Below are positions 25,671 through 35,472 of a stretch of 64,000 nt of DNA, in pieces. The position numbers and the translations under genes are program-made. The DNA comes from Candidatus Rifleibacteriota bacterium (GTDB taxonomy: Bacteria > Muiribacteriota > UBA6191 > JACPRK01 > JACQZM01). Where the stretch lies: contig JACQZM010000163.1 in assembly GCA_016213885.1 (NCBI GenBank), positions 57,590-121,589 of the forward strand, given 5' to 3'. Below the pieces are notes generated by a model, which worked only from the letters and a program-made list of their open reading frames with translations, had not been told where the DNA came from and did not search any database. Positions within the stretch are counted from its first letter, which is position 1. Each line of letters begins with the position of its first letter.

Positions 25671-26500
25671 GTGGAACGATGCCTTCATCGACCTCCAACG
25701 ACACCGACGCCCATCGATTTCACCGGTCACGACGGCAGACGCTACAGCTACTGGACCCCGGGTCAATCTGTCGTCGGCATTCCTCTCCTGATCGCGGCCA
25801 GAGCCGGAGGTCGGCTCGTGCCGGGCGTGCCACGGGAGGACCTGGACAAGGCCGCGTATTCTCTCATCAATCAGCTGGCGACCTCCGTCACCCTGGGGCT
25901 CCTCTACCTGGTGATCCGGGGATCGGCGTCGGCCCCGTCTCCAGCGTCCTCGTCTTCTTGGTTCCGGCCTCGGCCTGTCTGCTGGAGGACCGCTGGCATC
26001 GATCGGGAGTGCGAAACGCCTTCCTCGCCCTGGCGCTGGTCTCTCTCTCGATCCAGATCCTGTCGGTGAGCGTGCACTACAGGCGGACATTCTACCTGGA
26101 ACCGCTTCGCATGGCCGCGCCGGTGGCCCCCTCTGGAGAGCTCCTCTACGGCCAGAACCTGATCGTCGAGCAGGCGCGCAACGTCGTCTTCGCCATCGAG
26201 ACGACCAGGAAGGCGCTCGACGGCAAGCTCGAGCGATCGATCCCGGACGCCAGACTCGCTGAGAAGGTCGATATGTCGCTCTCCAGGCCCGATGGTGCCG
26301 GAGAGGGTTGCCGGCGGTGCCACGTCGAGCGGGACGCCGACGACGTCCGTGGCTTCGCCCAGTTCAAGGCGCTGCTCGGTTGCGACACCGGGTTCTCCTC
26401 GCCGGAGCGGGAGACGTTCATCTCCCATCTTGAAGGGCTGGTCGGAAAGCCCGGGCTGCTCGAGCTGGCTGAACCGTGGTGGTGGGGGACCCCCTCAGGT
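25671..26500 (+). pseudogene. Frameshifted, N-terminally truncated membrane-protein gene fragment
   Basis: Coding signal switches frame near 25925: ...TLGLLYLVIRG in frame 0 continues as IGVGPVSSVLVFLVP...ALALVSLSIQILSVSVHYRRTFYLEP in frame 2. There is no N-terminal region. Confidence 0.35.
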
Positions 26501-26705
26501 CGCCTTCTCTCGTCTCCTGGCCGAGGAGGTGGGCGGAGTAGCCTGCGTCTTCGGGGGGCTGGACTGCTTCCCGGACGCCCCCGGGGGTGTTTGGGCCAGC
26601 TGGTCCGGCTCCAAGGGTGGCGGGACGCCATCACTCGCACCTCCTCATGGCACGCCCCGGTGGCGACGTTCCGCGAGCAGAGCTACCCCGCCAGAGGCAA
26701 GGGCT

Positions 26706-27674
26706 TCACCCCACCACACGTTCCATTTCGTCGAGGTTCCTCGCAGACTTGATGGCGTGGGCGACCGCTTGAAGGCTGTTGACGTCCTGAATAGCCTGGA
26801 TCTTGGCCAAGAGCCGGTGGCTGGCCTCCCCGAATTTCACCTCCAGCGCGAGGAGAATGCCCTCCCTGAGGCCTTCCTTCTGACCCTTCTCCCAACCGTC
26901 TCGTTCGCCTTCCTCGCGAGCCAGTCGCTCAACGCTCGTCACGTAAGGCATCTTCCTGTCCTCCTCGAACCGATCGATCTCCGCACGGAATTCCAGTTCC
27001 TGGTCCTTCGGGAGCTCCATCATCCAGTCGATCAGCCGGAACAACTGCCGCACCTTCTCCGCGGACAGACCACGATCGTACAGCCCCTTCACCAACCGCA
27101 CCTTCCACCGCCGCCGCTCGTCCGGGGTCCGGCGTGTCTCCGACGCCTTCAGCTGAGCCAGCACGATCGGCGCGAACACGTTCCGGTTGCTCTCCAGCGC
27201 CGCCTCATCAGACCTCAGATCGATGAGCTTCACCATCAGGAACCTGAAGTCGTGGGAGCTGCCCCACCGCTCATACCCGAACCTGTCCGGCCTCCAGTCA
27301 GGGTCATCGTCGCACAGCACGGCCAGACTCACCACCGGCTTGCGGTAGCGATCGTAGATGCGGTAGCTGTAGATGAACATGCGCTCGGTGAAGCCTGGCT
27401 CCTTCCGGCCCTGCACTTCGATGTGGATCAGCAGCCACGCCTCCTGGCCGTCCCGTAGCCACACCTTGAACAGCTTGTCGGCAAGGCGCCGCCCAACGCG
27501 GGCGGCCTGACTGATCCTGAGGAGCTCCTTGTCGAGGATCTCGTAGCCGCGCTCCCAGTCGATCTCGGCGTGGATCGAGGGGTAGAACAGCGAGAGGAAC
27601 GGTGCCAGGAAGAGGTCGAGAGCCTCCTTCCAGGGGCTATCCAGGTCGGCGCGGGGCTGCTGCTTCGAAGCCAT
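26706..27674 (-). CDS. Rpn-family recombination-promoting nuclease / putative transposase (PD-(D/E)XK, YhgA-like) with DUF4351-like C-terminus
   Basis: MASKQQPRADLDSPWKEALDLFLAPFLSLFYP...WLLIHIEVQ...FTERMFIYSYRIYDRYRKPVVSLAVL... is the typical Rpn/transposase_31 pattern. Confidence 0.8.
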   Translation of the reverse strand: MASKQQPRADLDSPWKEALDLFLAPFLSLFYPSIHAEIDWERGYEILDKELLRISQAARVGRRLADKLFKVWLRDGQEAWLLIHIEVQGRKEPGFTERMFIYSYRIYDRYRKPVVSLAVLCDDDPDWRPDRFGYERWGSSHDFRFLMVKLIDLRSDEAALESNRNVFAPIVLAQLKASETRRTPDERRRWKVRLVKGLYDRGLSAEKVRQLFRLIDWMMELPKDQELEFRAEIDRFEEDRKMPYVTSVERLAREEGERDGWEKGQKEGLREGILLALEVKFGEASHRLLAKIQAIQDVNSLQAVAHAIKSARNLDEMERVVG

Positions 27675-27837
27675 CAAGCTCAGTCTAGCCACCACCAGGT
27701 CGAGGCGGCAACAGGCGTCGGTGCCGATCGGCGGAGTCGACGCACCGCATGGCCGATGGGCGGGGCCACCGGCTCTTGGAGTCCGCGTTGACGAGCCGTC
27801 AGCGAGTTGGAAAGACGATCCCGGTGCCTGGACGAGG

Positions 27838-28400
27838 TCATCTCGCTCCCCGTCGATCGGATTGTAGTAGTGCCTGGTTGGGCCTCCCGTCCTTCCACGG
27901 GATCGTCCGGCACAAGTCCGCCGGTGTCCTTGGCGCAGACGCCCGCCTGGCCGTGATGCTCGCCCGCCGACCCGGCATCTGCTGACGCCTCCTCCCGACC
28001 CGGACATCCTCGAGGAGCTCCACGGACGGAAAGTCCCCGTGCTTGAGGCACTTCCTCCTGAGGATGCCGAACCAGATCTCGACCATGTTCAGCCAAGAAG
28101 CGTGAAACGGGACAAAGTGAACGACGATGCGTTTGTGCTCTGACTGGAGCCACGCTCGACGCGCTCGACCGGTCTTGAGCGAGGTATAGGGTACCCCGCC
28201 GAGGTCAGCCACGGTCTTGCAGAAGTTCTCATGGAAGTGCGGGCTCAGATTGTCCATTACGTAGTGGATGATGGCATCCGGAGCCAGGGTACCCACGTGA
28301 TCCTTGAAAGCCCGACAGAAGGTCTCCGTGTTGTGGTTATCGGTGCACTGGCCGTAGATCTTGCCTGTCTTCGGGTTGGCGTCTCTTTGTCATGGGCTCG
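27838..28400 (-). mobile_element. IS630-family transposase remnant (C-terminal DDE-domain part only; N-terminal HTH and first Asp missing; tail altered)
   Basis: VMDNLSPHFHE (second catalytic Asp motif) and HFVPFHASWLNMVEIWFGILRRKCL (Glu motif). Short direct repeat CATGGGCTCG x2 at 28383-28415. Confidence 0.65.
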
Positions 28401-28435
28401 TTCGCATCTTGATCATGGGCTCGCTCTAAGACAAA

Positions 28436-30904
28436 TTGCCTCGATTTCACGTGATGTGCTGGATTCTCACCCCAGCCGCACCTGCCTCCCGCCCGGTGAC
28501 GCTCGAGCCTGCTCCCGGGAAGCCGTGCCCTGGGCCTGGCTCGAGTGCTAGAGTGCCACGCGATTCAACCGAGACGGGCGCAACCCGGATCGCGCAAGAG
28601 GCCACGGTGGCAGCTCCTGACTCTTCGAGCTCCTCTTTGCAGCCGACGGTGCTGTCGAGCCTTTCCAGAGCGCTCCACGAGCTGGCCCGCGGCAAGCTCG
28701 GCGCGGCCGTCCTGTCGATCTCGGCTGCACTCCTCGCCCTGGGCCTGCTCCTCGGCCATCTCCCAGGCCGGTCTTACGCGGAGGAAGGGCCCCCTGCCCT
28801 CGTCGCCGTCTTGGCCCTGGCGCTCTGCCTGACCCTCCACCTCTCGATCACGACCCTCATCCTGCTCACGTCTCCCGACTCGCCGCCGGAGAGGGTGTGC
28901 AGGCGCGTCTCCTCGTGGCTCCTCCTCGCCGTCGTCGCGGGGCTGCTCCCCAACGTGAGGCCGGCCACCTATGCTCATGCGCGCTACCTGGGAGCGATGG
29001 CGTGGTGTCTCGCCTCCCTGGCGCTCCTGCGCCTGGTGCTCCCCGACGAGGTCGTGAGGCTCTGGCGGCGGGTTCCCTGGAAGACCCCGATCCTGTCCAC
29101 GCTGGTGGCGGGCGCGGCCGTGGGCTTCTTCGAGACTCTGACCGCGATCGTCGCCGTGGGCGACTACCGGGTCCTGCTCGCCTGTCCTCTGCAGAAGCCT
29201 GTCTCCCTCGTCCTGAACATGGCCTTCCTCGCGCTGGCGTTGGTCTCCCTCTCGTTGCTCACCGGTCGGCCACGCTTCGCCTTTGCTCTTGGCACAGGCC
29301 TCTATGCCCTCCTGGCCATCATCAATGCCGTGAAGCTGCACTACCTCGACGCGACCGTCCAGGTGACCGATACCCAGTATCTCCTGGAGCTCTTCGAGAC
29401 GTCGCGAGGGTTCCTCCTGAGCTGGCACTCCCTGGCGTTCGCGGCGGGAGCGGTCGCGTGGGCCGCAGCGCTTGCGAGGTTGTGGCGAACCGAGCCAGAA
29501 GCGGGCCGCGGTCGGGCCGGCCGATGGATGGGCGGCACGGCTCTGGCCCTGGTCCTCTGCGGGACCCTTGCATCGATGAACTCGCCCGCGGTCGCGCTTC
29601 GCCTCAGGTTGCTGGACGTGTACGAGCGCCCCTGGGATTCCCGCGAGTCCTGGCTTCAGAACGGGACGTTGCTGGAGCTGGCCCTTGGACGCCCGGAGCC
29701 CCCGGCCGCTCCGGCCGGGTACGGCCGGCTGGAGGTCGAGCGGGCTGCCACGGGCCTGCAGCCTTCACCTCCCGCAGCCCCGGGAGGCGCCGTCGACGAG
29801 CCAGCGAGCCTCCTGGTCTATCTCGTCGAGTCCCTGGCCGATCCCGCCTGGTTCCGGGCGGAGTACTCGGCGGATCCCACTCCCTTCCTGCGCCGGCACT
29901 GGGCTGCAAGCGGCAACGGGCTGGCCATGGTTCCCCACTACAGGTTCGGATCGGCCGACGTGGAGTTCGAGATCCTGACGGGCATGTCCACCGGGTTCCT
30001 GCCCCCTGGCGTGTGTGCCTACAAGCAGCTCGTCAAGCGGGCCCTGCCCAGTCTCCCCCGTGTCCTGCGCGCGCGGGGATACCGCTCCACGGCCATCAAC
30101 TCCAGCTCGGCCGCGATGTACAACCGCACCGAAGTCTACGGGCACCTGGGGTTCGACCGCTTCGTGGCGGCCGATCGGTTCGAAGACCTTCCACGGTCGA
30201 TCGCCGATCGACTCCCCGCCGAGGAAGCGGTGATCGACGGCATCGTCCACTGTCTCTCCGAGAAGACCCCGTCCTTTGTCCTCGCCCTGTACGTGGCCAC
30301 TCACTTCCCGTACAACCGGCGTCACGCTTCTCCGCCTGCGATCGTGGTCCGGGCACCCGTATCGGAGAACGCCCGGCTCCAGCTCCAGGACTACGTCAAT
30401 CGCCTGCACGAGGCCGATACAGCGCTGGGGCGCCTTCACGAGAGACTGACCGCGGTCAGAAGGAGGGTCCTCGTCGTGGTCCTGGGGGACCATCTGCCCC
30501 CCCTGTCCACCGAGATCTACGACGCATCCGGCTACTCCCAATCCAGAGACCCTGCCCGGTGCCGCATGGTCCCTCTGGTCGTCTGGTCGAACTTCGCGCG
30601 GACGACTGCCCCCGGCAGGATCAGCACGAACTGCCTCGGAGCGCTTCTCTGCCACCTTGCGAAGGTCCCTGCCACGGGCCTGTTCGCACTGACCGATCGG
30701 CTCCTGGGGCTCGACGCGGTGCTGCAACACACGGGCTCCTCCCCCGACGGATCCGGGGCACCGCCGGCGCTCCGGTCGTTCCGGCCAGGCTACGAGATGC
30801 TCCAGTACGACCTGCTGCTCGGCAGCAGGTTCTGGCAGGACATGCCAGCTCCGCGGCCAGGAGTCAGCCCATCCCGTCCGCGGGACACGACTGACGCGCC
30901 TTGA
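28436..30904 (+). CDS. LTA-synthase-family / sulfatase-domain membrane protein (phosphoglycerol or phosphoethanolamine transferase-like)
   Basis: Roughly 10 N-terminal TM helices, then an extracytoplasmic alkaline-phosphatase-superfamily domain (LLVYLVESLADPAWF...GFLPPGVCAYKQL...LYVATHFPY...VVVLGDHLPP). Confidence 0.7.
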   Translation: MPRFHVMCWILTPAAPASRPVTLEPAPGKPCPGPGSSARVPRDSTETGATRIAQEATVAAPDSSSSSLQPTVLSSLSRALHELARGKLGAAVLSISAALLALGLLLGHLPGRSYAEEGPPALVAVLALALCLTLHLSITTLILLTSPDSPPERVCRRVSSWLLLAVVAGLLPNVRPATYAHARYLGAMAWCLASLALLRLVLPDEVVRLWRRVPWKTPILSTLVAGAAVGFFETLTAIVAVGDYRVLLACPLQKPVSLVLNMAFLALALVSLSLLTGRPRFAFALGTGLYALLAIINAVKLHYLDATVQVTDTQYLLELFETSRGFLLSWHSLAFAAGAVAWAAALARLWRTEPEAGRGRAGRWMGGTALALVLCGTLASMNSPAVALRLRLLDVYERPWDSRESWLQNGTLLELALGRPEPPAAPAGYGRLEVERAATGLQPSPPAAPGGAVDEPASLLVYLVESLADPAWFRAEYSADPTPFLRRHWAASGNGLAMVPHYRFGSADVEFEILTGMSTGFLPPGVCAYKQLVKRALPSLPRVLRARGYRSTAINSSSAAMYNRTEVYGHLGFDRFVAADRFEDLPRSIADRLPAEEAVIDGIVHCLSEKTPSFVLALYVATHFPYNRRHASPPAIVVRAPVSENARLQLQDYVNRLHEADTALGRLHERLTAVRRRVLVVVLGDHLPPLSTEIYDASGYSQSRDPARCRMVPLVVWSNFARTTAPGRISTNCLGALLCHLAKVPATGLFALTDRLLGLDAVLQHTGSSPDGSGAPPALRSFRPGYEMLQYDLLLGSRFWQDMPAPRPGVSPSRPRDTTDAP

Positions 30905-31200
30905 GGGCGATCGCTGGTCGAGGCCGACCCGGTCTCCACCGACGGCCCGTGGCGCTCAAGCTGTTGCACGCGGAGGCGCTCACCGAGCCCGCGCAGATCC
31001 AGCGGTTCCTGACCGAGGCCAGGGTGACCGGGCACCCGCCCTTCGTCGATGAGCATCCGATGCTCGTGCTGCAGCGTCATCTCGATCAGAAGCCCCCCTT
31101 GCCGAGTGCGATCCGTCCAGGCGTGCCCCCACGTCTCGACGAGGTCGTGGCGAGGACCCTCGAGAAGGAACCTGGCAGACGCTTTCCATCGGCTTCGCCG
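30901..31200 (+). pseudogene. Ser/Thr kinase gene remnant (internally deleted, no ATP-binding N-terminus)
   Basis: VALKLLHAEALTEPAQIQRFLTEARV matches kinase subdomains II-III. It then jumps to ...PPLPSAIRPGVPPRLDEVVARTLEKEPGRRFPSA (subdomain XI tail). An in-frame stop lies 4 codons upstream. Confidence 0.5.
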
Positions 31201-31219
31201 GGGGAGCCGCCCAGGGCTC

Positions 31220-32134
31220 TCAGCTCGGGCTGGTGCCGAAGCGCGCCGAGATCGCGGCGCTGGCCCGCGGCGGGAACTGGAAGTTCGGCAAGAGATCGTC
31301 GGTCCACTCGGAGCCCTGGCCGCCCCGGGTCACGTTGTGGGTGATCAGCTCCGCGATGTGCTCGATGCTGTTGGACGTGGCGTACTCCCTGGGGTAGCTG
31401 TTTGCGGGCACGGCGCTCGTCGCCCATTCTCCCAGGTTCGCGGTCTGCTCCTGGCCGTTCAGGCTCTGGCCCGGCTTGAGGGTGTAGCCCACCGTGGAGC
31501 AGAGGTTGACCCCGAAGTTCGGGTCGACGTAGAGCGTCAGGTGGTGGGACAGCTCGTGCACCAGGATCCAGAGGTCCGGCCGCTGGCCGTAGTAGGTGAT
31601 CTTGCCGGAGGCGATCGGGTTCCGGCTCCGGGCCTCGTCGTAGTAGGTCAGCTGTCCCGAGGCGTCGAGAGGATCCCAGAATCCGGAGAACCCATCGGAG
31701 GAGGTCTCCTGACCGGACTCGAACACGACCGCCAGGTTCCTGCAGCTGCCGGCGGGGTAGCGCGCGTACGCCTCCTCCAGCCTGGTCAGGTTGTCGGGGG
31801 TGGCGCCGGAGCCGGTGATGCTCTGCATCCCGAACCGCTGGACGATCCTCTGGATCTGGGCGGCCGATTCGGCCGGCGGCGGCAGCGCCACGACCGGCGG
31901 GTTGCCCCCGGGGGCCGTGGGGCCGGTGATCGGGGCCGGAATCGTCCCGAGCGGGGTCGGGGCCGCGGTCTGCCCGGTCGTGCCGGTCAGGCCGGTCGGC
32001 GTCGACACCGGGCCCGCCACGGGGGTCACCGGGACCACGGAGGTGGTCCCGCAACCGGTGATCTGCAGGGCCACGACGACCGTGAGGAGCGCCACGAGCC
32101 CGGTGTACGGGGTCCGGCTGTTCGCCTTCATCAT
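31220..32134 (-). CDS. Lipoprotein with HExxH zinc-metalloprotease motif
   Basis: Signal peptide plus lipobox (MMKANSRTPYTGLVALLTVVVALQITGC), a Pro/Thr-rich linker and HELSHHL. Confidence 0.55.
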   Translation of the reverse strand: MMKANSRTPYTGLVALLTVVVALQITGCGTTSVVPVTPVAGPVSTPTGLTGTTGQTAAPTPLGTIPAPITGPTAPGGNPPVVALPPPAESAAQIQRIVQRFGMQSITGSGATPDNLTRLEEAYARYPAGSCRNLAVVFESGQETSSDGFSGFWDPLDASGQLTYYDEARSRNPIASGKITYYGQRPDLWILVHELSHHLTLYVDPNFGVNLCSTVGYTLKPGQSLNGQEQTANLGEWATSAVPANSYPREYATSNSIEHIAELITHNVTRGGQGSEWTDDLLPNFQFPPRASAAISARFGTSPS

Positions 32135-32466
32135 ATCGAGTCTCCCGGGGCCGGTTCTTCCCGGCGGAGCCGGCCGGCGGCCGGCACTCCCTCCGGGACG
32201 ATCGCTCGAACGCCAGGGGACGAGGCAACCGGTGTGCCAGAGTCGACGAGAGCCGGAGTCGGAACCCGCGCTTCGCAGGCCAGCGTAGCCCCGGATCAGC
32301 ATCTACGAGAACGAACAAACGGTCGAGCCGCCCCCGATGGCGGCGCGGAGAGGCCGTGGGACCGGGAAGGCGACCGGCTCATCGTGAGCCGGCAGCTCGA
32401 AACGGACCGGGACCGCCGACCTGTGCGGTCCCGGTCGGCGGTCGGCGCGGGAGCGGCGGCCGGGCG

Positions 32467-33288
32467 TTACTTGTCGCCCAGCTCCCTGGCCCTGGCGGTG
32501 GATTGCCTGAGGCCCTCCACGAAGATCTCCAGGAACCCTTTTTCCTTGTAGACCTGCATGCCCGCCTCGGTGGTCCCGCCCGGGCTCGCGACCGTTTCGA
32601 TGATTTTTTTCGTGCTCCATCCGCTCCTCATGAGCTTGCCGGTCCCGAGGAACGTCTGGGCCACGCATCAGGATCATGGCGGTGGCGATCTCGCGGGGCA
32701 GCCCCTGGGAGATCCCGAACTCCACCAGCGCCTCCGCCATCATCAGGTAGTAAGCGGGAGCGCTACCGGAGAGGGCCGTGGTCACCGACATGAGAGCCTC
32801 GTCCTCCACGCGGAACACCTTTCCGACCTGGCTGAGCACGGAGTACACCGGCGCCAGGTCCTGGATGGTCATGGCAGGCTCCGCGTAGAGGCTGATGATG
32901 CTCTTGCGGACGCTGGCGGAGAGGTTCGGCATGATCCGGCAGAGCCGCGGTTTCTCTCCCAGCGCGTCTCTGACCCGTGCCAGAGACGTCCCGGCCGCCA
33001 CGGAGATGAAGAACTGGTCCGATCGGGCGACGTCGCGGAGCTCCCGCGCGACGCCGGGCACCTGCGCGGGCTTCACCGCGAGGAACACGATGTTCGCCCG
33101 GGCCACGGTCTCCTGGTTGGAGGCGGCGATCATCGGCCCCAGGGTCTGGTGGACCCGGTCCAGCTGCTCCTGTCTCACGTCGGAGATGATGATCTGTCCA
33201 GGGTCCACGTGACCGGAGGTGATGAGGCCCCGGATGATGCTCTCGGCGATGTTGCCGGATCCGATGAATCCGATGTGCTCGTGGTGCA
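32467..33288 (-). pseudogene. proC: Pyrroline-5-carboxylate reductase gene with +1 frameshift near 32665 (or sequencing error)
   Basis: N-terminus MHHEHIGFIGSGNIAESIIRGL... runs through to ...EIATAMIL in one frame. The C-terminus ...AQTFLGTGKLMRSGWSTKKIIETVASPGGTTEAG...ARELGDK is in the +1 frame; there is one extra base within ATCCTGATGCGTGGCCCAGACG. Confidence 0.75.
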
Positions 33289-33610
33289 TGGGCTCCTCGT
33301 TTCCTTGTCTCCAGGGCGCCGTCTGGCGAGCGCCGGGACAGGCTCCAACGGCCCTGGACGGCGATGCGAACCGGAGACGAGCGCGTGAAGGTCGGGCGGA
33401 GGATCGCTCCGCCGGGTCGATCGACCGCCGGGATTCTACCACGATCCGGGGCCGGCGAGATGCCGGTTGAGGCAATCCGTCGCCGGTGGTAGTAGACTCC
33501 CCTGGATCCGGCGGGGAGATGGCCCGGCGGACGATCCCTGCGGGCTCGCCGGCTTCGCCGGTACTCGGCCGGGGGACGACCGGCTCGCGAGTGGTCCTTG
33601 GAGGGCGACG

Positions 33611-34810
33611 ATGAATCCAGCAGGACTGATGGTGGCGGAGAAGCTCGATCAGGTTCCCGGCATCCTCCGGGAGGTGGGCGTGGACGTCTGGCTCCTGTTC
33701 ACGCGGGAGAGCCACGCGGTCCACGACCCGAGCCTCGACCTCGTGGTCGGCACCGGCGTGACCTGGCAATCGGCGTTCATCCTGACGGCGAGCGGCGACC
33801 GGGTGGCGATCGTGGGCAGCCTCGAGATGGCTCTCATGAAGACGCACGGTCACTACCCCGAGGTCGTGGGCTACGTGGGAGGCATCTCCGACGACCTCCG
33901 CCGGGTGCTGGCGCGCCTCGACCCGAAGCGGATCGCCATCGACTTCTCCGAGAGCGATCCCATGTCCGACGGCCTCACCCACGGCATGTACCTGACGCTC
34001 CGCCGGATCCTGGGCGAGACCCCCTACGGGGACCGCCTGGAATCCTCGGAGCGGGTCGTGGCGGCGCTCCGCGGGAGGAAGTCGGTCACGGAACGGGCCC
34101 GGATCCGGAAGGCCTGCGAGATCACGGTGGAGATCTTCGATCGGCTCACGAGCAGGCTGCGGGCCGGGCTCACGGAGAAGCAGGTGGCGGCGCTGATCAT
34201 GGACGAGGTGCAGGCGCTCGGAGGGCCTGAGCTGGCCTGGACCGCGGAGTGCTGCCCGGCGGTGTTCACCGGACCGGAATCGGCCGGCGCCCACGCCGGT
34301 CCCACCGACCGGGTCATCGAGCCGGGTCACATCATGAACGTCGACTTCGGCGTGAAGGTCGAGGGGTACTGCTCGGACCTGCAGCGTACCTGGTACTTCT
34401 TGAGGCCCGGCGAGGACCGGGCCCCGGAGGAGGTGGCGCGGGGGTTCGACGTGATCGTCCAGTCCATCAGGGCCGCGGCCGCCGCGGTGAAGCCGGGCCG
34501 TCCCGGGTGGGAGATCGACCGGGTCGCCCGCTCGACCATCACGGAGCGAGGCTACGCGGAGTATCCCCACGGCACGGGCCATCAGGTCGGCCGGGCGGCC
34601 CACGACGGCGCCGGCGGGTTCCTCCCCCTGTGGGAGCGGTACGGCAACACCCCCAACCTCCCGATCGAGGTGGGGCAGTGCTACACCATCGAGCCGCGGC
34701 TCACGGTGGAGCGCCACGGCATCGCCACCTGCGAGGAGATCGTGGCGGTCACCCGGGACGGCTGCGAGTTCCTGTCGCGCCCCCAGGACACCCTCTACCT
34801 CGTCCGGTGA
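33611..34810 (+). CDS. M24-family Xaa-Pro aminopeptidase/dipeptidase (creatinase N-terminal domain plus pita-bread domain)
   Basis: HIMNVDFGVKVEGYCSDLQRTW, HGTGHQVG and CYTIEP metal-ligand motifs. Confidence 0.85.
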   Translation: MNPAGLMVAEKLDQVPGILREVGVDVWLLFTRESHAVHDPSLDLVVGTGVTWQSAFILTASGDRVAIVGSLEMALMKTHGHYPEVVGYVGGISDDLRRVLARLDPKRIAIDFSESDPMSDGLTHGMYLTLRRILGETPYGDRLESSERVVAALRGRKSVTERARIRKACEITVEIFDRLTSRLRAGLTEKQVAALIMDEVQALGGPELAWTAECCPAVFTGPESAGAHAGPTDRVIEPGHIMNVDFGVKVEGYCSDLQRTWYFLRPGEDRAPEEVARGFDVIVQSIRAAAAAVKPGRPGWEIDRVARSTITERGYAEYPHGTGHQVGRAAHDGAGGFLPLWERYGNTPNLPIEVGQCYTIEPRLTVERHGIATCEEIVAVTRDGCEFLSRPQDTLYLVR

Positions 34811-35035
34811 AGACCCGGCGTCCAGCCGGGTCCGAGTCGCAAGACCCGGCGCCTCGCCGGGTCCGAGTCGCGCCCCCGAGCGCGACCTCAATCCGGATCC
34901 CCTCCTCTTTCCTCTCTCTCCCGAGCGCGACCTCCAACCTGATCCCCTCCTCTTCCTTTGTGACTCTGCAGCCAGGACGAGGCCTGATCACAGGCCCGAC
35001 TCCGCGAAACAGGTGGGGGATCCTGGCCTGGCCCA
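34811..35035 (+). repeat. Copy B of composite repeat: two ~30-bp direct repeats, two ~38-bp direct repeats, then the 65-bp hairpin core
   Basis: Direct repeat pairs GACCCGGCG..CCGGGTCCGAGTCGC and CGAGCGCGACCTC.A.C.GATCCCCTCCTCTT, then the core at 34959-35023. The element starts right after the peptidase stop codon and is near-identical to 62975-63185 inverted. Confidence 0.65.
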
Positions 35036-35118
35036 GGATTTGACAGACAGAATCTCACGGCGGTATCGTTCATCGAGGGCTGTCGAGGCATGACCCGCCG
35101 GCTTGCGGGACTCTCGGC

Positions 35119-35472
35119 ATGGCCTCCGAGGAGAGACCCGTGGATCACTACTACGAAGCAGGAGACCTGGCCCATTTCCCGGACGTCGGCAAGAACAGGC
35201 CGGAGCTGGCCCGGAAGTTCTTCGACTGGTACGGCGCCGTGTTCGCCGACGGGGCGCTGTCGGCGCGGGAGAAGGCGCTCATCGCCCTGGCCGTGGCCCA
35301 CGCGGTGCAGTGCCCCTACTGCATCGACGCCTACAGCAAGGAGTGCCTCCAGAAGGGCTCCGACCTGGACCAGATGACCGAGGCGGTCCACGTGGCCTCG
35401 TGCATCCGGGGCGGCGCATCCCTGGTCCACGCCGTGCAGATGCGAAACCACGTGGAGAAGGTGGGCATGTGA
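35119..35472 (+). CDS. Arsenosugar-biosynthesis-associated AhpD-like (carboxymuconolactone decarboxylase family) protein
   Basis: AhpD core with the CxxC-like motif (AVQCPYCIDAYSKE). Its stop overlaps the ArsS start (ATGTGA). Confidence 0.75.
   Translation: MASEERPVDHYYEAGDLAHFPDVGKNRPELARKFFDWYGAVFADGALSAREKALIALAVAHAVQCPYCIDAYSKECLQKGSDLDQMTEAVHVASCIRGGASLVHAVQMRNHVEKVGM

Noticed and set aside
25679-26752. 357-aa plus ORF as an intact gene
   Set aside because: Only the first roughly 270 codons show membrane-protein-like signal and they continue from a different upstream frame. Treated as a frameshifted pseudogene fragment; the 3' extension is likely non-coding.
31086-32318. 410-aa minus ORF and 31049-32551 plus ORF
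   Set aside because: Alternative frames over the metalloprotease lipoprotein gene. Pro/Arg/Gly-rich junk. The HExxH lipoprotein frame (31220-32134) is the convincing one.
32303-34891. 862-aa minus-strand ORF
   Set aside because: A chimera of frameshifted proC (real, 32467-33288) plus antisense read-through of the M24 peptidase gene. Only the proC segment is coding.
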